Shown here one piece after another: positions 7,679-17,424 of a DNA stretch of 64,000 bases. This DNA is from Escherichia phage phiWec172. Position numbers and translations under genes: made by a program. Under the pieces are notes generated by a model. It worked only from the letters and a program-made list of their open reading frames with translations, had not been told where the DNA came from and made no database searches. The stretch lies in the sequence record LC739530.1; one strand, written 5' to 3'. Within the stretch, counting starts at the first letter, position 1. Each line of letters begins with the position of its first letter.

Positions 7679-8204
7679 GATTTACCTTAGAAATGTTTGT
7701 TGCAAATTCACATTGAGCGATAACTTTCATGTTGTTATAGACATCTTGAGAATATTTCTTAGCTTTAGGGATTCTGTACGAATACCCAGCATTATATGAT
7801 GCTAAAACTTTTTGTAAAATCTTCTTTGACTTTGGCTGACCATGCACCTTTGTCCAAAACTCAAGTTCTTTGTGCGTTTCCTTCGCAGCATAGTCAAAGT
7901 CTTTTAAGAGTTTCTTTTTAGCCACATTAGGACTAATTTTGTTACGCTTTACAACAGTCTTCAAGTGATTCTGGAAAATACCATAATCATGTGTCTTTTT
8001 ATTCTCTACCTTCAGACCTAACTCTGACTCTTGTAAGGCTATAGCAGCTAGAGTGATACCCCAACCTTTACCCATGTTATTCTCACCATACTGGTAAGCT
8101 TTTAACATGTTTACTTTTTGGCTAATTGATAGCTCTGGGCAGTCAACTGCATAAGATAAGTGTGCTGTAAACATTAAGCACAAACCTAGAATCAATTTCT
8201 TCAT
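7656..8204 (-). CDS. Secreted lytic transglycosylase-like protein (SLT domain)
   Basis: N-terminal signal peptide MKKLILGLCLMFTAHLSYA; motifs QESELG, YGIFQ, SYNAGYSY resemble SLT E-S / GLMQ / AYNAG. Confidence 0.45.
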   Translation of the reverse strand: MKKLILGLCLMFTAHLSYAVDCPELSISQKVNMLKAYQYGENNMGKGWGITLAAIALQESELGLKVENKKTHDYGIFQNHLKTVVKRNKISPNVAKKKLLKDFDYAAKETHKELEFWTKVHGQPKSKKILQKVLASYNAGYSYRIPKAKKYSQDVYNNMKVIAQCEFATNISKVNHEKIKKV

Positions 8205-8235
8205 TGGTTCTCCTGTTTAGTTTATCGTGACAACA

Positions 8236-8266
8236 ATTATACAGCACTCTGCACAAAATACAAATA
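8236..8266 (-). promoter_or_regulatory. Candidate extended -10 promoter (TGTATAAT) for 7656..8204
   Basis: Minus-strand TGTATAAT at about 8236-8243, weak -35; strong SD AGGAGA upstream of ATG. Confidence 0.3.
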
Positions 8267-8293
8267 AAAAAGGCCGCCGAAGCAGCCTTTTAA
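8266..8293 (-). terminator. Intrinsic terminator downstream of rIIB (stem with one mismatch, UUCG loop, U-run)
   Basis: AAAGGCCGC-CGAA-GCAGCCTTT palindrome; T-run on minus strand. Confidence 0.45.
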
Positions 8294-8304
8294 GAAATTA
8301 CTTA

Positions 8305-9414
8305 TTAGATTTCACGTTTACGCTGAGAGATAAGTTCTCCAGCAGTACCAACGATGACATGAAAAGCTTCAGTCTTGCCATCCCATGCTTTCAGTACTTT
8401 ACGTTGATTATCAACGATTGCTGCAACTTCATAACGAGACGAGCGCATCTTCATATCGTTGTAATCAGTTGGAACAGATACAACATCTCGTGGATGAACA
8501 CGAACCTTCAGAATTGTATCACCTGAGAAGCAACGAACATAATCCCAAGCACCAACATGAAGACCCTGAGAGCAAGTCACGTTACGGTTATTATCAACCA
8601 TCCAACGTGGCATTTCTACAATATTACCTAAATCATTAGGTACTCTGTAGGTGTGGGAGTCAACCAGCTTGCCTTCACGAGTGGATACTTTCTTCCAACC
8701 AATGATGTAGCCTTCTTCATCAATTTCAACATCAAGGTGAGATACGAAGCCCCAAAGTTGTTCTACAGAATCTTTAGATGGGTTTTCCATCAGTTTTTCG
8801 AAGAACATTACAAGTCGTTCAAAACCTTTATCACCAGTCTTCATCATGTGAAGAATACGGTCAACCAGAGTAGAACGCATCTCAACAGCACCGTAGAATA
8901 GCTTGTCACCTTTGATTGTGATAGCCCCCTGAGTGAAGTTTTCGATAGACTTACGAATGTTCATCAGTTCAAAGGCTTTCTTAAACTCACCTTTCACAAC
9001 ATGAACTACAATCTCTTGATAGTTCGGATGAGTAGATTCAACAATTTCAGACTCTGAACCGTAAGTCATAATTACAGAGTCACCAGTAATCATGTACTCA
9101 ATCTTGTCATCTTTCTGCATAGCTTCATGCAGTTTATTTACCGGAGCTTTCTGTACAGCATCTTTAACAACCTTTTCAACTGGTTTGCCAGCTTTCTTTT
9201 TAAAGGTCTTAGCAACTTGCTTCAAAGTCTTCGTAGCTGGTGTAGAAGTCACCTTCTTATTTCCTTTTAAGGTTGCTTCATGACGCTCTACAGCACGACC
9301 AACTGAACGGGTTGAAGTATTAAATCTCTGTGCAATAGCTGTTTTAGTCAGCTTGCCATCTTTAACCAGTTTGTAAATTTCTGCGTCAATCTGTGATTTA
9401 GTTTTAGTAGTCAT
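8305..9414 (-). CDS. rIIB: rIIB-like protein
   Basis: C-terminal motifs VEMPR, CSQGLHV, VHPRDVVSVPTDYNDMKMR match T4 rIIB as recalled. Confidence 0.65.
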   Translation of the reverse strand: MTTKTKSQIDAEIYKLVKDGKLTKTAIAQRFNTSTRSVGRAVERHEATLKGNKKVTSTPATKTLKQVAKTFKKKAGKPVEKVVKDAVQKAPVNKLHEAMQKDDKIEYMITGDSVIMTYGSESEIVESTHPNYQEIVVHVVKGEFKKAFELMNIRKSIENFTQGAITIKGDKLFYGAVEMRSTLVDRILHMMKTGDKGFERLVMFFEKLMENPSKDSVEQLWGFVSHLDVEIDEEGYIIGWKKVSTREGKLVDSHTYRVPNDLGNIVEMPRWMVDNNRNVTCSQGLHVGAWDYVRCFSGDTILKVRVHPRDVVSVPTDYNDMKMRSSRYEVAAIVDNQRKVLKAWDGKTEAFHVIVGTAGELISQRKREI

Positions 9415-9493
9415 CTTATTACTCTCTCTTGTTAGTTAATAAATCATTTTGTGAGGATATTCTAAGGGGCTTTGAAGCCCCTTGTCAAACACT

Positions 9494-11860
9494 TTAATCG
9501 TAAATTGTAGTCCCTTCTGGAACACACTTCACATCAAAGCCCAAGAACTTACTCACTTCGATGGGTGACACTTTATTCCAATCTAAATGAGAAAGCAAGA
9601 AGTTTTCTTGTTTTCTTTTTGAGAAGTAGTTTGTCACCTTAATAAACATACGGTCACCAGCTTTCTTAATTTTCTTGTAAAGCTTTGTATCATTATCAAG
9701 ACACCTTTTCAAATCTTGCAACACACTAATAGTGTAAGTGTATGCAAATTGTGCAGCAACGTATTGGATTTTACCGAACATTGCCTCAACAGCATCTTCA
9801 TTACCTTCTAGGAAGATAGTTTTGTTTGTGTCCCGTGAATAGCAATAACCATCAGAAATCTTCCTGTTATTGAACGTAAAGTTTCTGGTAATAATCCAAC
9901 AGCTTGTAAGGTTAAGGACACCACGCATACAGATGCGTGTCATATACCTGTTATGATTAATCCAATGAACATCAGTTAAGCTGTCGTTCAAGAGCTTCTC
10001 ATCTACTTCAATCCAGTCTTCTGGTATCTTTTTCCAATTTGCTTTTCGGAAAACATAGACTGTCTTCCCTATAACATTAGCAACTGACTTAGCTACATCT
10101 TCTGGAGATGAGCAAAAACATTCACCATCAACTGTGTCGCCAACTGCCTTAATGTAAAGCTGAGGTTCTTCAATTGTGTCTAAGTCTTCTGACACCTCTG
10201 TGTATGAGGCTACACCTTCTGCTGGAACAGCTTTCCAGAGTTTTACAACACCTCTTACAGCTTCTTTACGCTGATAGTGATGTTCCTTATCAGACATCTT
10301 CACAATCTTTAACAAGCTTTTATCAAGTTTGTGTAGGTTGATTAAGTCATCTAGCTCTTTTTCAGTCGAGAATACAAACACAATACCATTATATCTGTGA
10401 AACAGACTTGACTCACTGGCGTAATCTCGACATGCACCACGCAGAATCTGATTGCGGCCTACAGTCTTCTCAGTGCCATTTTTATTACGACGGTCATTAA
10501 TCACGAACAAAAACTGTTCAATTTGGCTTTTACGCATTGCACCAAAGATATTGAACATACTTGCCTCTTGAGTGTAGGAAAGTGCTGTTGCACGAATCTT
10601 ACTCTCTAAAGAGTTGAACTTGACATAAGCAACTGGATTATAAAGATAATCCACTTTAGGGATATTGTTCCCGTTCCTATCAACCTTGATATTACCTTTA
10701 CCGTCACGTTCATAAATGACTGAGCCGTCTTCTGCGTAGATAATCCCACGACGGATGTTTAGTAATTCTACTTCCAGAGAATCAAGCTTAACGCCTCCCC
10801 ACTCTAGCTTTGGACACACAACATTAAACATCTCTCGTGAGTTCAAACGTAACTCAGCATAAGCCTGTGCAGCATCCATGAGTGTAGGTTGGCTGTTAAC
10901 TTTCTTGATAACATCCTTTGTAATGGCTTCAGTTATCTTTTTAGTAGCCTCAATGATAACATTTTTTGTCGTATCATTCATCTGCAATGCTTCACGAGAA
11001 GCTGCAATAGCAACTGAACCAATAGGCATGTAAATGTTTACAAGGTCTACGCTCCTACGGAAAAACTCTGGCAAGACTTTGAAGAAATCATCACCAAGTA
11101 ATGCTTCCATATTAACTGGATAGGCAATATTACCCATCACCACATTAAACTCTGTCCTGTTACCACTAGAACGCCAGCTTTGCTTATGAATCATAGCGTC
11201 ATAAACACCTTCTTCACGAGCAATGACATTCATGTCTGCTAACACGTCATCATATACAATATTACTTTCTGGTTTTACAGCAAAGTATGAGTATACGTGA
11301 CCAGCCTCTTCAAAGAACTTTGAAATACGGTGGTCAGCAACTGCCACACGTACAGCTAAACCATTAGGTTCTTTTGTTGGGTTAGTGGTCAGCTTAGTTA
11401 CTTGAGGGATACCATTCTCAAGGTAAACAGAGTACTTATTAACAACACCATCAACATAGCTAGATACTGTGAATGACTGAGCAATTGCAAATGGAGATTT
11501 TGAACCGATACCCATTGCACCAATGTAATCATTAGAGTCATTCTTCGTAGAAGCCCCGTAGTTTAGGTACAAACTCATAACTTTATCATGAGTCAATCCA
11601 GTTCCAAAATCACGGACTTCAAAGTAAGGCTCAAAACGAGTAGGTAAATGCACATGGAACGGGATATTCTCTTTTCCAGCTTCTTTCTGAGCATCTACTG
11701 CGTTACATGACAGTTCACGAATCACTGCCCTTTCTTTAAAGGTATATACACCAGAACTCAAAAGGCTGAACATTTCAGGTGTCATTGTAATCTGTGCTTG
11801 AGATGTCTCCAAAGAAGTTGAACTCTTAATCACTTCTGCGTGGTCATTTACCATGCGCAT
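9494..11860 (-). CDS. rIIA: rIIA-like protein (N-terminal GHKL/HATPase-like domain)
   Basis: AVIRELSCNAVDAQ, FEVRDFGTGL, NDYIGAMGIGSKSPF match T4 rIIA N-terminal motifs; 788 aa. Confidence 0.7.
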   Translation of the reverse strand: MRMVNDHAEVIKSSTSLETSQAQITMTPEMFSLLSSGVYTFKERAVIRELSCNAVDAQKEAGKENIPFHVHLPTRFEPYFEVRDFGTGLTHDKVMSLYLNYGASTKNDSNDYIGAMGIGSKSPFAIAQSFTVSSYVDGVVNKYSVYLENGIPQVTKLTTNPTKEPNGLAVRVAVADHRISKFFEEAGHVYSYFAVKPESNIVYDDVLADMNVIAREEGVYDAMIHKQSWRSSGNRTEFNVVMGNIAYPVNMEALLGDDFFKVLPEFFRRSVDLVNIYMPIGSVAIAASREALQMNDTTKNVIIEATKKITEAITKDVIKKVNSQPTLMDAAQAYAELRLNSREMFNVVCPKLEWGGVKLDSLEVELLNIRRGIIYAEDGSVIYERDGKGNIKVDRNGNNIPKVDYLYNPVAYVKFNSLESKIRATALSYTQEASMFNIFGAMRKSQIEQFLFVINDRRNKNGTEKTVGRNQILRGACRDYASESSLFHRYNGIVFVFSTEKELDDLINLHKLDKSLLKIVKMSDKEHHYQRKEAVRGVVKLWKAVPAEGVASYTEVSEDLDTIEEPQLYIKAVGDTVDGECFCSSPEDVAKSVANVIGKTVYVFRKANWKKIPEDWIEVDEKLLNDSLTDVHWINHNRYMTRICMRGVLNLTSCWIITRNFTFNNRKISDGYCYSRDTNKTIFLEGNEDAVEAMFGKIQYVAAQFAYTYTISVLQDLKRCLDNDTKLYKKIKKAGDRMFIKVTNYFSKRKQENFLLSHLDWNKVSPIEVSKFLGFDVKCVPEGTTIYD

Positions 11861-11872
11861 AATACTTTCCTC

Positions 11873-12064
11873 TTAGTTTACTGTTAAATTACTTATTAAA
11901 CATTTTACCAGAACCACCACACATAGGGCAACAACCTGCTCTTGTATACCCTTCCCATTGCAGTAATCACACTTCTTGTACTCTGCATAGTACTTGCAAA
12001 GAAGGTAAACAAAAACTGCTACACTACTAAGTGACAGTAAAATTTCTATCCAATATGCTTGCAT
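11873..12064 (-). CDS. hypothetical small membrane protein
   Basis: 63 aa, hydrophobic N-terminus. Confidence 0.3.
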   Translation of the reverse strand: MQAYWIEILLSLSSVAVFVYLLCKYYAEYKKCDYCNGKGIQEQVVALCVVVLVKCLISNLTVN

Positions 12065-12381
12065 GACTCACCTCTCATATTTTTGTAAAGGATAAAGCTT
12101 CTGTCATGGACGATACTTGTAGATACTGCAAAGTTACTTTCAAGCATCTGTTTGTTTGGATTGTAGAAGCTTTCTTTAAACTCGTCAAGCGCAAATTGGT
12201 GATGTTGTGGAAGACCTTTTATACATATTTTTATTGTGATTGCTGCTGCAATCTTGCCAGTCAGTTCTTCTTTAGCTGCTACTAAAATTTTGTTAAGGAA
12301 CTTATGACCATTTTCAGGTTTCTTAATGTTCTCCCAACGTTCTTCTAAGACAATGTTGATATTCATCTCTTTGATTTTCAT
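12046..12381 (-). CDS. hypothetical protein
   Basis: 111-aa ORF; RBS GGAGAAAAC upstream. Confidence 0.4.
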   Translation of the reverse strand: MKIKEMNINIVLEERWENIKKPENGHKFLNKILVAAKEELTGKIAAAITIKICIKGLPQHHQFALDEFKESFYNPNKQMLESNFAVSTSIVHDRSFILYKNMRGESCKHIG

Positions 12382-12394
12382 AGTTTTCTCCAGA

Positions 12395-12422
12395 AATTAA
12401 AAAGGCTCCCGTAGGAGCCTCT
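12395..12422 (-). terminator. Intrinsic terminator after nadV (GGCUCC-UACG-GGAGCC then U5)
   Basis: GC stem with UNCG-type tetraloop and T-run on minus strand. Confidence 0.55.
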
Positions 12423-12434
12423 TATCATATACTT

Positions 12435-14216
12435 TTAAAGCTGCTTGTCAATATTATTTCGAATATCACCAAGAGATGTGTAACCGTACTGCTCAGAGTC
12501 ACTAAAGACTAAACGTAAAGCACAAGCTGGGTGGTCAAGTGCATCTGCAAAGCTCTGGAATCCATAGCCATCTACAGCTTTCAACTTATCACCATCCCAC
12601 ATAGGTGCTACACCACCAAAAGCAGACTTCTTAACACCACTATCTGTTTTAGGGTCTTTTGCAAGCATAATCTCTTTACCACCAATGCTTGCAAGAGTTG
12701 CTTTAACAGCAAATGCAAAGGTGTCACGAGTCATGTACTGGTAAGTGTAAGAGCCTACGCCAAACACTACGTTAGAGCTTGCAAAACCCATTTCATACAG
12801 ACGCTTCAGGATTTCGTTTGCACGTTCCAGCGTGATAGAGTCACCATAGATAAGGCCGATATGCTCATCCAGTACCTTAAACCCTTTAGAGTTAATAGTT
12901 CCCCCAAAGATGTTATACAGTGTCTTGATAGCTCCATCAATCTCCGCTACAGGACGTGTTACAACGTTTGCAGAACCAACCATATAAGCATTTTTCAACA
13001 GCACTGTATCAGCAACTTCAAAGTCTTCTCTGTCAACAACCATTTCGTAGCCTTCTGACAGTAGCCATCCAGCAATACCATAATTGATGTTTTCAAGCTT
13101 CATGTTCAGGACAGAGTTCAGCATTGTGTCACTTGCCTCTAGCTTGCTTAGGTGCTCGTAATAAGCCTTCTTAGCACACTCTAAGTGAATTGCTTTATAA
13201 CCTGTGACAATATGTACAGGGTCTCCAGAGTCAGGGCGAATTACCAGTTTGCCATCACGTTCCATAATTTCTTTACGGAGTGCTGGTAAGATTTCTGACA
13301 CAGTTCTCCAGAAGTTGTAAGTATCTGAAACAATACTTGCAATACCAGTTGGGTAAGTTTCTGTTAAGAAACGACGGAAGGTTTGTAACTCACCTTTAAA
13401 GCGTCTTTCTTCTTCAATCAACTCATTACCACCTTCCCAAGCAATGTTTGCACACATTACAGAGTGTTCAGTGGCTGGTACAGAGTTACCAATATCAGAG
13501 ATTGGGTAGGACTGACCGTAGATGCGTTTAGCTGTATAAACAGCAGGGAAACTATCAGTTCCTTTAAAGCTGGTTAAGTGACCTACAGCGTTAAATGCGT
13601 CATCAGTAAAGCCGGACATACCACGCATAGCAAAGTCATGGCACTGATAGGGTAGATGCAAGTCGTTGTCACAAGTAAGGTCAGCCCACTTCTTACAGAT
13701 ACGTTTGTAGTGCAATGCAATAGTTGCAATGGTACAAGCCTTCCAAATCTCAGCAGAGAAAGCATCTTCCAGATACCCAGCTACCCAATGGAAACCTGAA
13801 ATAGTGTTCTGGAAGACAATCATTGGGGCACGCATAGGGACAACTGTGCCTTCTTCTACAGCGTATACTTCAACTGGTAGATAACCTAAGTCGTTAAGTG
13901 CTTCCCAATGCTCTCGACCGATAGCATCTTTACCTAGAACACCGTTCATGACTTCTAAGATTTCGTCAATTGCTTCTTTTTTGTCACGTTCAAAGAAAGT
14001 GGCGTTCCAGTGGTCTATCAAGTAATCTTTAACAAAACGTTGAATACCAAAAGCCACTACACCGTCAATTGCTAAAGGGCTGTTAAACCATTTGTCACTA
14101 CGTGGTGTCAGGTTCAACATAAGATATTGCGTAGCATCTGGATACTGATATATATGTGATGCCTTGTAAGCATCTGCATTAAGACCTGCTGGTACTGCAT
14201 AAAGTGATTTAGTCAT
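12435..14216 (-). CDS. nadV: Nicotinamide phosphoribosyltransferase (NAMPT/NadV), with a roughly 90-aa internal insertion
   Basis: N-terminus DAYKASHIYQYP, core VIRPDSGDP and GLIYGDSI motifs match the NAMPT family; 593 aa versus about 490 typical. Confidence 0.75.
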   Translation of the reverse strand: MTKSLYAVPAGLNADAYKASHIYQYPDATQYLMLNLTPRSDKWFNSPLAIDGVVAFGIQRFVKDYLIDHWNATFFERDKKEAIDEILEVMNGVLGKDAIGREHWEALNDLGYLPVEVYAVEEGTVVPMRAPMIVFQNTISGFHWVAGYLEDAFSAEIWKACTIATIALHYKRICKKWADLTCDNDLHLPYQCHDFAMRGMSGFTDDAFNAVGHLTSFKGTDSFPAVYTAKRIYGQSYPISDIGNSVPATEHSVMCANIAWEGGNELIEEERRFKGELQTFRRFLTETYPTGIASIVSDTYNFWRTVSEILPALRKEIMERDGKLVIRPDSGDPVHIVTGYKAIHLECAKKAYYEHLSKLEASDTMLNSVLNMKLENINYGIAGWLLSEGYEMVVDREDFEVADTVLLKNAYMVGSANVVTRPVAEIDGAIKTLYNIFGGTINSKGFKVLDEHIGLIYGDSITLERANEILKRLYEMGFASSNVVFGVGSYTYQYMTRDTFAFAVKATLASIGGKEIMLAKDPKTDSGVKKSAFGGVAPMWDGDKLKAVDGYGFQSFADALDHPACALRLVFSDSEQYGYTSLGDIRNNIDKQL

Positions 14217-14231
14217 CTTTTAATCTCTCTC

Positions 14232-14723
14232 TTAGTTATGTCTTGCAAACTCACCATGAAGTTCTATTCGCTTTTTAATTACAGCTTCTTTTGCTTCTTC
14301 TACCGTTTTAAATCTTCCACAAAAGTATTCTTTACGGTAAAGCATGACTCTTGCTTTGTAAAGACCTGTTTGTTTACAAAAACTTACACCCTTCACACCA
14401 GTTTTATTATTCTTGTGTATACCCCTATTCCTCTGATTTTGTGACTTTGTGCTAAGTCTTAAATTCTCCAACTTATTATTAGCTTTATCAAGGTCTATGT
14501 GGTCTATCTCATATCCACTTGGTATCTCACCTCCAGACATAATCCATGCAATATTATGTGCATAGTACCTCTTCTTATTTATCTGGACTTGGATATAACC
14601 CTTCTTAGACCTTGTGCCAGCCACATTACCAGCAATAGCGGTACTGCAAAGGGTTACTCTCCAAATTAATAAACCTGTATCTGGTTCATATATTAGGTAT
14701 TTTTCAAAATAACCCTTATTCAT
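14232..14723 (-). CDS. HNH homing endonuclease with AP2 DNA-binding domain
   Basis: IDHIDLDKANNKLENLRLSTKSQN (HNH) and GVKGVSF..GLYKARV..GRFKTVEEAKEA (AP2-like). Confidence 0.7.
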   Translation of the reverse strand: MNKGYFEKYLIYEPDTGLLIWRVTLCSTAIAGNVAGTRSKKGYIQVQINKKRYYAHNIAWIMSGGEIPSGYEIDHIDLDKANNKLENLRLSTKSQNQRNRGIHKNNKTGVKGVSFCKQTGLYKARVMLYRKEYFCGRFKTVEEAKEAVIKKRIELHGEFARHN

Positions 14724-14731
14724 ACTGTTAC

Positions 14732-15628
14732 CTAATCAAGGTTTGCTACAGTAACTTGACTGTAATGTGTTAAGCCACGGTCTTTAGCTTCGCCTAAAGA
14801 GTTTGTAGTGTAAATATGGTCGATACCATTGTCAAGAAGGTTTTCAACATCTTTAGAGAAGATACCATGTGTTACATATAGTTCCACACGTTTTGCACCT
14901 GCTTCACGAAGATGTTTCGCTGCTTCTATGAAGGTTCGACCACCATCACAGATATCATCCAGAATCATGACGGTTTTATCTGTCAAATCAACATCATCAA
15001 GGATTCGCATACCAGTAATTTCACCAGTCTTAAGGTTACGCACTTTAGACATTGTGATGTATGGTTTATCCACCTCTTTAGCAGTCTCTGCAATCTTCTT
15101 AGCAGCACCTGCATCTGGGGCTACTAAGTAATCAATCAGTGGGTCATTTGCGTAGTGGACTGCAATCTCCTTTTGAGGAATACTCTGGAAGCAGTTAAAC
15201 AGGTTATCTGGAACGTAACTGTGAGGGTCAACTGCACAGACTGCACCAAACCCCATTGCATTTACCTGTTTAGCAAAAACCTTTAAAGCTGCTGCGTCGC
15301 CTTTAAACATGTGACGGTCATATCGTGCATTTGGTAAGTAGTAAAAGATGACAGTCTTTAAAGCATAATCATGAGGAATTAAATCATCAATTGCTTCTTT
15401 AGCAAGTGCCACAGCAAACAATGTGTCCTTATCATAACCTTTTACAATCATAATCACATTGTTGATAGATGATGCTGCATAAGCAGTGAAATCAACAAAC
15501 TCCGGTGAAAAGTGTCCACCAATCTCACCAGAAGGGAATTGGACGATGTTAAACTCTTCTTCATGAGTCCCTTTAGTTGGTGAATGAACTGTAACACGGA
15601 TAGATGTTTTCATAGTTTTCTCTCTCAA
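14732..15628 (-). CDS. prs: Ribose-phosphate pyrophosphokinase (PRPP synthetase)
   Basis: PRPP-binding motif VMILDDICDGGRTF; 298 aa. Confidence 0.7.
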   Translation of the reverse strand: MREKTMKTSIRVTVHSPTKGTHEEEFNIVQFPSGEIGGHFSPEFVDFTAYAASSINNVIMIVKGYDKDTLFAVALAKEAIDDLIPHDYALKTVIFYYLPNARYDRHMFKGDAAALKVFAKQVNAMGFGAVCAVDPHSYVPDNLFNCFQSIPQKEIAVHYANDPLIDYLVAPDAGAAKKIAETAKEVDKPYITMSKVRNLKTGEITGMRILDDVDLTDKTVMILDDICDGGRTFIEAAKHLREAGAKRVELYVTHGIFSKDVENLLDNGIDHIYTTNSLGEAKDRGLTHYSQVTVANLD

Positions 15629-15903
15629 TCAAAAGTTACGTTTGTTACTGCCATTGCAGATTTGCATTTTGCAGGGTCTACAACGTGATAAAGTACACTA
15701 CAGTTACCTGTGCTGTCTGGTACAGGCTTTACCCATTGCTGCTTTATAGTTGGCTCTCCTAAGTCTTTGTAAGAACCATCTGTAAAGTTGTTTACCATCT
15801 CAAGTGCAATTGGCTCTGGAACATGACCACGTATCATGTACATTTCACAACCATTACCTCCTTCACTGACTAATGGTAAAATCTCCCACTTTTCTTTAGC
15901 CAT
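15625..15903 (-). CDS. hypothetical protein
   Basis: 92-aa ORF. Confidence 0.4.
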   Translation of the reverse strand: MAKEKWEILPLVSEGGNGCEMYMIRGHVPEPIALEMVNNFTDGSYKDLGEPTIKQQWVKPVPDSTGNCSVLYHVVDPAKCKSAMAVTNVTFD

Positions 15904-16411
15904 TGTAAGTTGCCCTATAAACTGTCTCGAACTTCAACAGGAGAGATATTGCCAAATCTGTATAGTGGTTGTCAAGCACATCTGGCATATTATTTTTGAT
16001 ATATTTCTCTTGCTCTTCGTAGGTCATCTTAGGGGTACTTAAAAGACTATCCCCTTGCTTCTGGTTATCAAGTTTAGTCTGGATAAACCAGTTTGCACAG
16101 TGATGTTCACCACCTTTTGTAACAGGTTTGTGGTGACCTAATGTGAAGGATTGACTGCCTGTGTATCTGCAAAGTTTATTGAGTACTGTAATGGTGTTCT
16201 TCACAACAAAGCATTCATATAGGTTGTCTATGGTATAGTGTGGGTAATATCGAAATAATGCTCTTTCACGAGTACTCTCACGATTCCAGAGAATCATGTG
16301 ATTGGAGTTGGAAGGGTCGTATTGGTGAGAGTCAATGAACTCTTGACGTTCCTCAAAACTGAGTCTTAACACTGACATTGCAGCAGAACGTTTCAGATTT
16401 GACAGATACAT
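15896..16411 (-). CDS. hypothetical protein
   Basis: 171-aa ORF. Confidence 0.4.
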   Translation of the reverse strand: MYLSNLKRSAAMSVLRLSFEERQEFIDSHQYDPSNSNHMILWNRESTRERALFRYYPHYTIDNLYECFVVKNTITVLNKLCRYTGSQSFTLGHHKPVTKGGEHHCANWFIQTKLDNQKQGDSLLSTPKMTYEEQEKYIKNNMPDVLDNHYTDLAISLLLKFETVYRATYNG

Positions 16412-16462
16412 ATTATCTCCAAAATAAAAAGGGAACCTTTACAGTTCCCTTATAGTATCTGC

Positions 16463-16783
16463 TTACTGAGCTACTTTCAAGATTCTTGTGAATGGAATTT
16501 CACTTTCTTCCATTAACTCTTTAGTTTCTTTGGTAACTTTCACAAAGTTGTCTAGGCAGATAATCTTCTTATCTTTCTTACTATAGGTTAATTTAACCTT
16601 TTCAATATCTTTCTCAGAGCTTTTCTCTTCATTGAAGAGTTTTACAGCCTCTTTGAATGGGAGATATGAGCCATCATTATCACTAATGAATCCTGTACCA
16701 CAATAGTAGGAGTTATGCTCTCTAGCCATAAACTGGCACAGTAAGAAAATCTGTAATTTACGAGTGTTATAAACTTTGCTCAT
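16463..16783 (-). CDS. hypothetical protein
   Basis: 106-aa ORF. Confidence 0.4.
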   Translation of the reverse strand: MSKVYNTRKLQIFLLCQFMAREHNSYYCGTGFISDNDGSYLPFKEAVKLFNEEKSSEKDIEKVKLTYSKKDKKIICLDNFVKVTKETKELMEESEIPFTRILKVAQ

Positions 16784-16785
16784 GA

Positions 16786-17052
16786 TTATTTAGCCTTCTT
16801 ATTACGTTTACGGTTACGAGCTTTCTTAGCTGCTCGTTTAATAGCTGCTGCACCAGACGGACGGTGGGCTTGTTTCTTACCACCTTTGCCACGGCCTACA
16901 TAGATGTAAGGCTGCTGTTCAATTTGGCTTGTAAGAACCTGTGCAACCGCTGAAGCATCTACACCGACCTGCTTTCCAGTCATAGAAACAATTGCTGCTG
17001 CTTTTGCCAGTGCAGCTAAGAAACCAGCTTTCATATTACCTAAAATTCCCAT
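16786..17052 (-). CDS. hypothetical protein with highly basic C-terminal tail
   Basis: C-terminus AAIKRAAKKARNRKRNKKAK. Confidence 0.4.
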   Translation of the reverse strand: MGILGNMKAGFLAALAKAAAIVSMTGKQVGVDASAVAQVLTSQIEQQPYIYVGRGKGGKKQAHRPSGAAAIKRAAKKARNRKRNKKAK

Positions 17053-17067
17053 TTTTAGTCTCTCTCA

Positions 17068-17424
17068 TTAAAGTTTAATACAGAACTTATGAAGTTCTTC
17101 TTCAGTGATTCCTATTGGAGTGATACCCTCTCTCATGTTTTGAATCCTGTAGAAGTCTCCAAATTTATCTGACTCGTGTATGACAAAGGTGACATTCTTT
17201 ACAATCGTTGCAAGAGCACATAATGAATGTGCACCAAATTTTTCTCTTGTATAAATAATCCAGGCATCTAACTTGTTGATGTCATAAGTCCACTTGCCAG
17301 AATAATCATTCTGCTCGCCATTGACAATCGCCTTGCCACCCATACTCTTTTCTCCAGAGGTTTTGGTTATCAGAACCACGATACGGTTTAACTGTTGGTT
17401 TAGATGAATCATACTTACCATCAA
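17068..17424 (-). CDS. hypothetical protein (true start probably internal)
   Basis: 118-aa ORF overlapping 3-prime end of nrdG by about 119 nt. Confidence 0.3.
   Translation of the reverse strand: MMVSMIHLNQQLNRIVVLITKTSGEKSMGGKAIVNGEQNDYSGKWTYDINKLDAWIIYTREKFGAHSLCALATIVKNVTFVIHESDKFGDFYRIQNMREGITPIGITEEELHKFCIKL

Noticed and set aside
12531-13058. 175-aa plus-strand ORF antisense within nadV, and similar antisense ORFs inside rIIA, nrdA, primase, tail fiber and capsid genes
   Set aside because: Fully embedded antisense to well-supported genes, Cys/Ser/Leu-rich low-complexity translations typical of reverse frames; no initiation signals.
12435-14216. Intein in NadV as explanation for its extra length
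   Set aside because: The inserted segment is only about 90 aa and lacks intein hallmarks (N-terminal Cys/Ser block, C-terminal His-Asn followed by Cys/Ser/Thr).
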